This document shows positions 16,149-17,830 of a stretch of DNA of 17,830 nt, piece after piece. Where the stretch lies: contig CAZUFC010000155.1 in the NCBI GenBank assembly GCA_964619725.1, positions 1 to 17,830 on the forward strand, read 5' to 3'. This DNA is from an uncultured bacterium. Lineage in GTDB: Bacteria; CSSED10-310; CAZUFC01. Both the position numbers and the translations under genes were made by a program. The notes beneath the pieces were generated by a model. That model saw nothing but the letters and a program-made list of their open reading frames with translations. It searched no databases and was not told where the DNA came from. Each line of letters opens with the position of its first letter. Within the stretch, counting starts at the first letter, position 1.

Positions 16149-17429
16149 TTATTGTCTCTTAAATGTTTTTTGTTCATTTTCGGCCAATGAGAATTCTATT
16201 TCCCGGTCGTTAATGCGGATCGTATAATTTCCCGGGGGCAACGGCATCCAGTTTGACGTTGCGCTCACGCAGCCTGCTTTTTCGCCGTTTTCGTCATAAA
16301 TGTAATGGCCGCTGAATGAGGCTGATTTTACGGTTACGACTCCCGGATACAATTCTTTTGTTTCTCCCTGTTTTATTGAGACTCTCCAGGGGATATTGCC
16401 GAACATTACGTCATACGTTCCCGGCAGGATGGTCAGGGTATCGTCGGTTCTGCTGACGTATCCGAATAATTCTCCTGTCTCTGCTTCCAAAACCTTGTTT
16501 CCAGATAATGTCGTATTTTTAATGTAAAGGCGGCCCGGTTCCAGGACCGTAGTTTCGTCTGCTTCCACTTCTACGCTTTTCCATTGAGCGTTGCCTATCT
16601 GAACGTTGTAGATGCCTGACGGAATTTCTACGGTATTCTGCGTTGCATCGATACGGACGACCTCCTCTCCTGTTTCGGCATCCGTGACTTTATGTCCCTG
16701 CAGTTCAGCTCCCAGGATCGACAGGCGCCCCGGTCCCTCTTTTTCTTCAATTACGATTACTTCGGTTTTTACGGCTTTATTCAGCATCTCTGTCAGATCA
16801 TCCGTATTTGATGCCGAAAAATAATCGCCTCCCGTCACTTTTGATATGCATTCCAGTTGCCGTCTCGTCACGGAATCGACTCCAAACCCAACCGTGTGAA
16901 CCACCAGGTCCACCTCCTGCTTGTCTTTCAACTCTTTCGCAGTCGCGCAGGGGTCGCCTTCGCAAGTTTCCTTTCCGTCGCTTACCAGTATTATCGTTTT
17001 TCCGCCTTCCGTTTCCCTCTCCGGGAAGTCATTCACCGCAAGATTCAGAACATAGGTAATCGGTGTGTATCCCTTTGCCTGAAGCCCTTCAAGCGAGGAT
17101 ATTATTTTGCTCCTATTCGTTTTCACTGTTCCGAATTCGACCAGCAGGCGAGTATCCTCACAATCATGTTTCTCTGTGACCGATTGATGCCCGTACGCTC
17201 TGAAAGCGATTTCCAGTTCATCCGGCAAATTTTCCACTACTTCCTTTACCGCTTCTTTGGCCGCTGTTATCTTTATTTCCCCTTCAGACGTCACTCCATT
17301 CATGCTGCCCGAAGCATCAAGAATAAGTTCAATCGTTTTATAACTCGATTCGGCATTAATATTATTCGCCGATAAAACAACAACAGCCGCCGTTAAAACA
17401 AATACAAATAAAGAAACACGTTTCTTCAC
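16149..17429 (-). CDS. Secreted von Willebrand factor A (VWA) domain protein with C-terminal beta repeats
   Basis: MIDAS residues in LDASGSM, GYTP and LVSDG; signal peptide VKKRVSLFVFVLTAAVVVLSA; GGAGG upstream of GTG at 17429 (the ORF-track start at 17477 is unlikely); repeated L.PG.Y.V motifs. Confidence 0.9.
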   Translation of the reverse strand: MKKRVSLFVFVLTAAVVVLSANNINAESSYKTIELILDASGSMNGVTSEGEIKITAAKEAVKEVVENLPDELEIAFRAYGHQSVTEKHDCEDTRLLVEFGTVKTNRSKIISSLEGLQAKGYTPITYVLNLAVNDFPERETEGGKTIILVSDGKETCEGDPCATAKELKDKQEVDLVVHTVGFGVDSVTRRQLECISKVTGGDYFSASNTDDLTEMLNKAVKTEVIVIEEKEGPGRLSILGAELQGHKVTDAETGEEVVRIDATQNTVEIPSGIYNVQIGNAQWKSVEVEADETTVLEPGRLYIKNTTLSGNKVLEAETGELFGYVSRTDDTLTILPGTYDVMFGNIPWRVSIKQGETKELYPGVVTVKSASFSGHYIYDENGEKAGCVSATSNWMPLPPGNYTIRINDREIEFSLAENEQKTFKRQ

Positions 17430-17574
17430 ATTAACCTCCCATCCGCATTGATGAATTTTTAACTGTTGAATTGCCAAGGATTGGTTAAACCCTCTTCCCG
17501 CTTTTTTGCGGGCTCACCCATAACCATCGTTAAATATAGCATATGATTCAATGTGTGTCAATTTGCGGGATAAA

Positions 17575-17830
17575 TAGCGCCTGTCCACAAACTCGAATCT
17601 CGATTCAAAATTTAATGCTGGACAGCCACTTGGGTTTTTGATCCATAAACGGGCGAATTTATCTTAAAGCAATTAAGACAATGATTTGCGAGGTAGGGGT
17701 ATTGCTTATACGTTGACTGAGCAAATCCGCAGCCTGACGCAGTATTAGGGAAAATTCGCCGTTTATGGACAAAAACTAGATAGTGTCTGTCCACAAACTC
17801 GAATCTCGATTCAAAATTTAATGCTGGACA
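17575..17830. mobile_element. Tandem MITE/REP-like non-autonomous elements; second copy cut by the window edge
   Basis: Exact 44-bp direct repeat at 17581-17624 and 17787-17830. Terminal inverted repeats TAG-N4-TGTCCACAAAC ... GTTTATGGACA-N4-CTA. Internal ~25-bp inverted repeat at 17634-17660 / 17752-17776. Confidence 0.6.

Noticed and set aside
535-17375. Numerous short antisense or overlapping ORFs in the track (e.g. 1490-2098, 2888-3439, 6919-7710, 9739-10308, 16857-17375)
   Set aside because: Shadows of well-supported genes with no domain motifs.
1-17830. DGR reverse transcriptase or intact template repeat in the window
   Set aside because: No ORF with RT motifs (e.g. YxDD, GLPIG) and no third AAC-rich copy of the VR was seen.
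17581-17830. CRISPR array
   Set aside because: Only two repeats, a 162-bp structured spacer and no cas genes.

Overview
This is an accessory, defence-like bacterial region. Its main feature is a tandem pair of NLR-like STAND genes: TIR-NACHT-FGE-sulfatase(CLec) at 485-3835 and a 5'-truncated NACHT-FGE-sulfatase paralog at 5464-8106. Their 3' ends are direct repeats of about 970 bp. Each repeat has a 540-bp identical block, then a short hypervariable stretch whose differences fall almost only at codon positions 1-2 of NNC/NNT codons, then an invariant GC-rich tail and a conserved structured 3' element. This is the signature of diversity-generating retroelement (DGR) variable regions. I found no reverse transcriptase or template repeat in the window, so these would be remote (trans-targeted) or orphaned DGR targets. 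A BrnT-family toxin-antitoxin pair sits between the paralogs, and a short HTH gene, possibly a truncated HTH/Avd-like fusion, follows paralog 2. Further right are lexA in an apparent operon with a 1055-aa N6-adenine methyltransferase and a PD-(D/E)XK-like protein, an internally deleted AAA/DUF4143 pseudogene, an unusual secreted protein with an IPTL-CTERM-like insertion and two pilin-like repeats, and a convergent secreted VWA protein. Intergenic DNA holds REP/MITE-like hairpins, IS200-type tnpA remnants and GAYNCC hexamer arrays. All calls come from reading motifs by eye; no searches were run.
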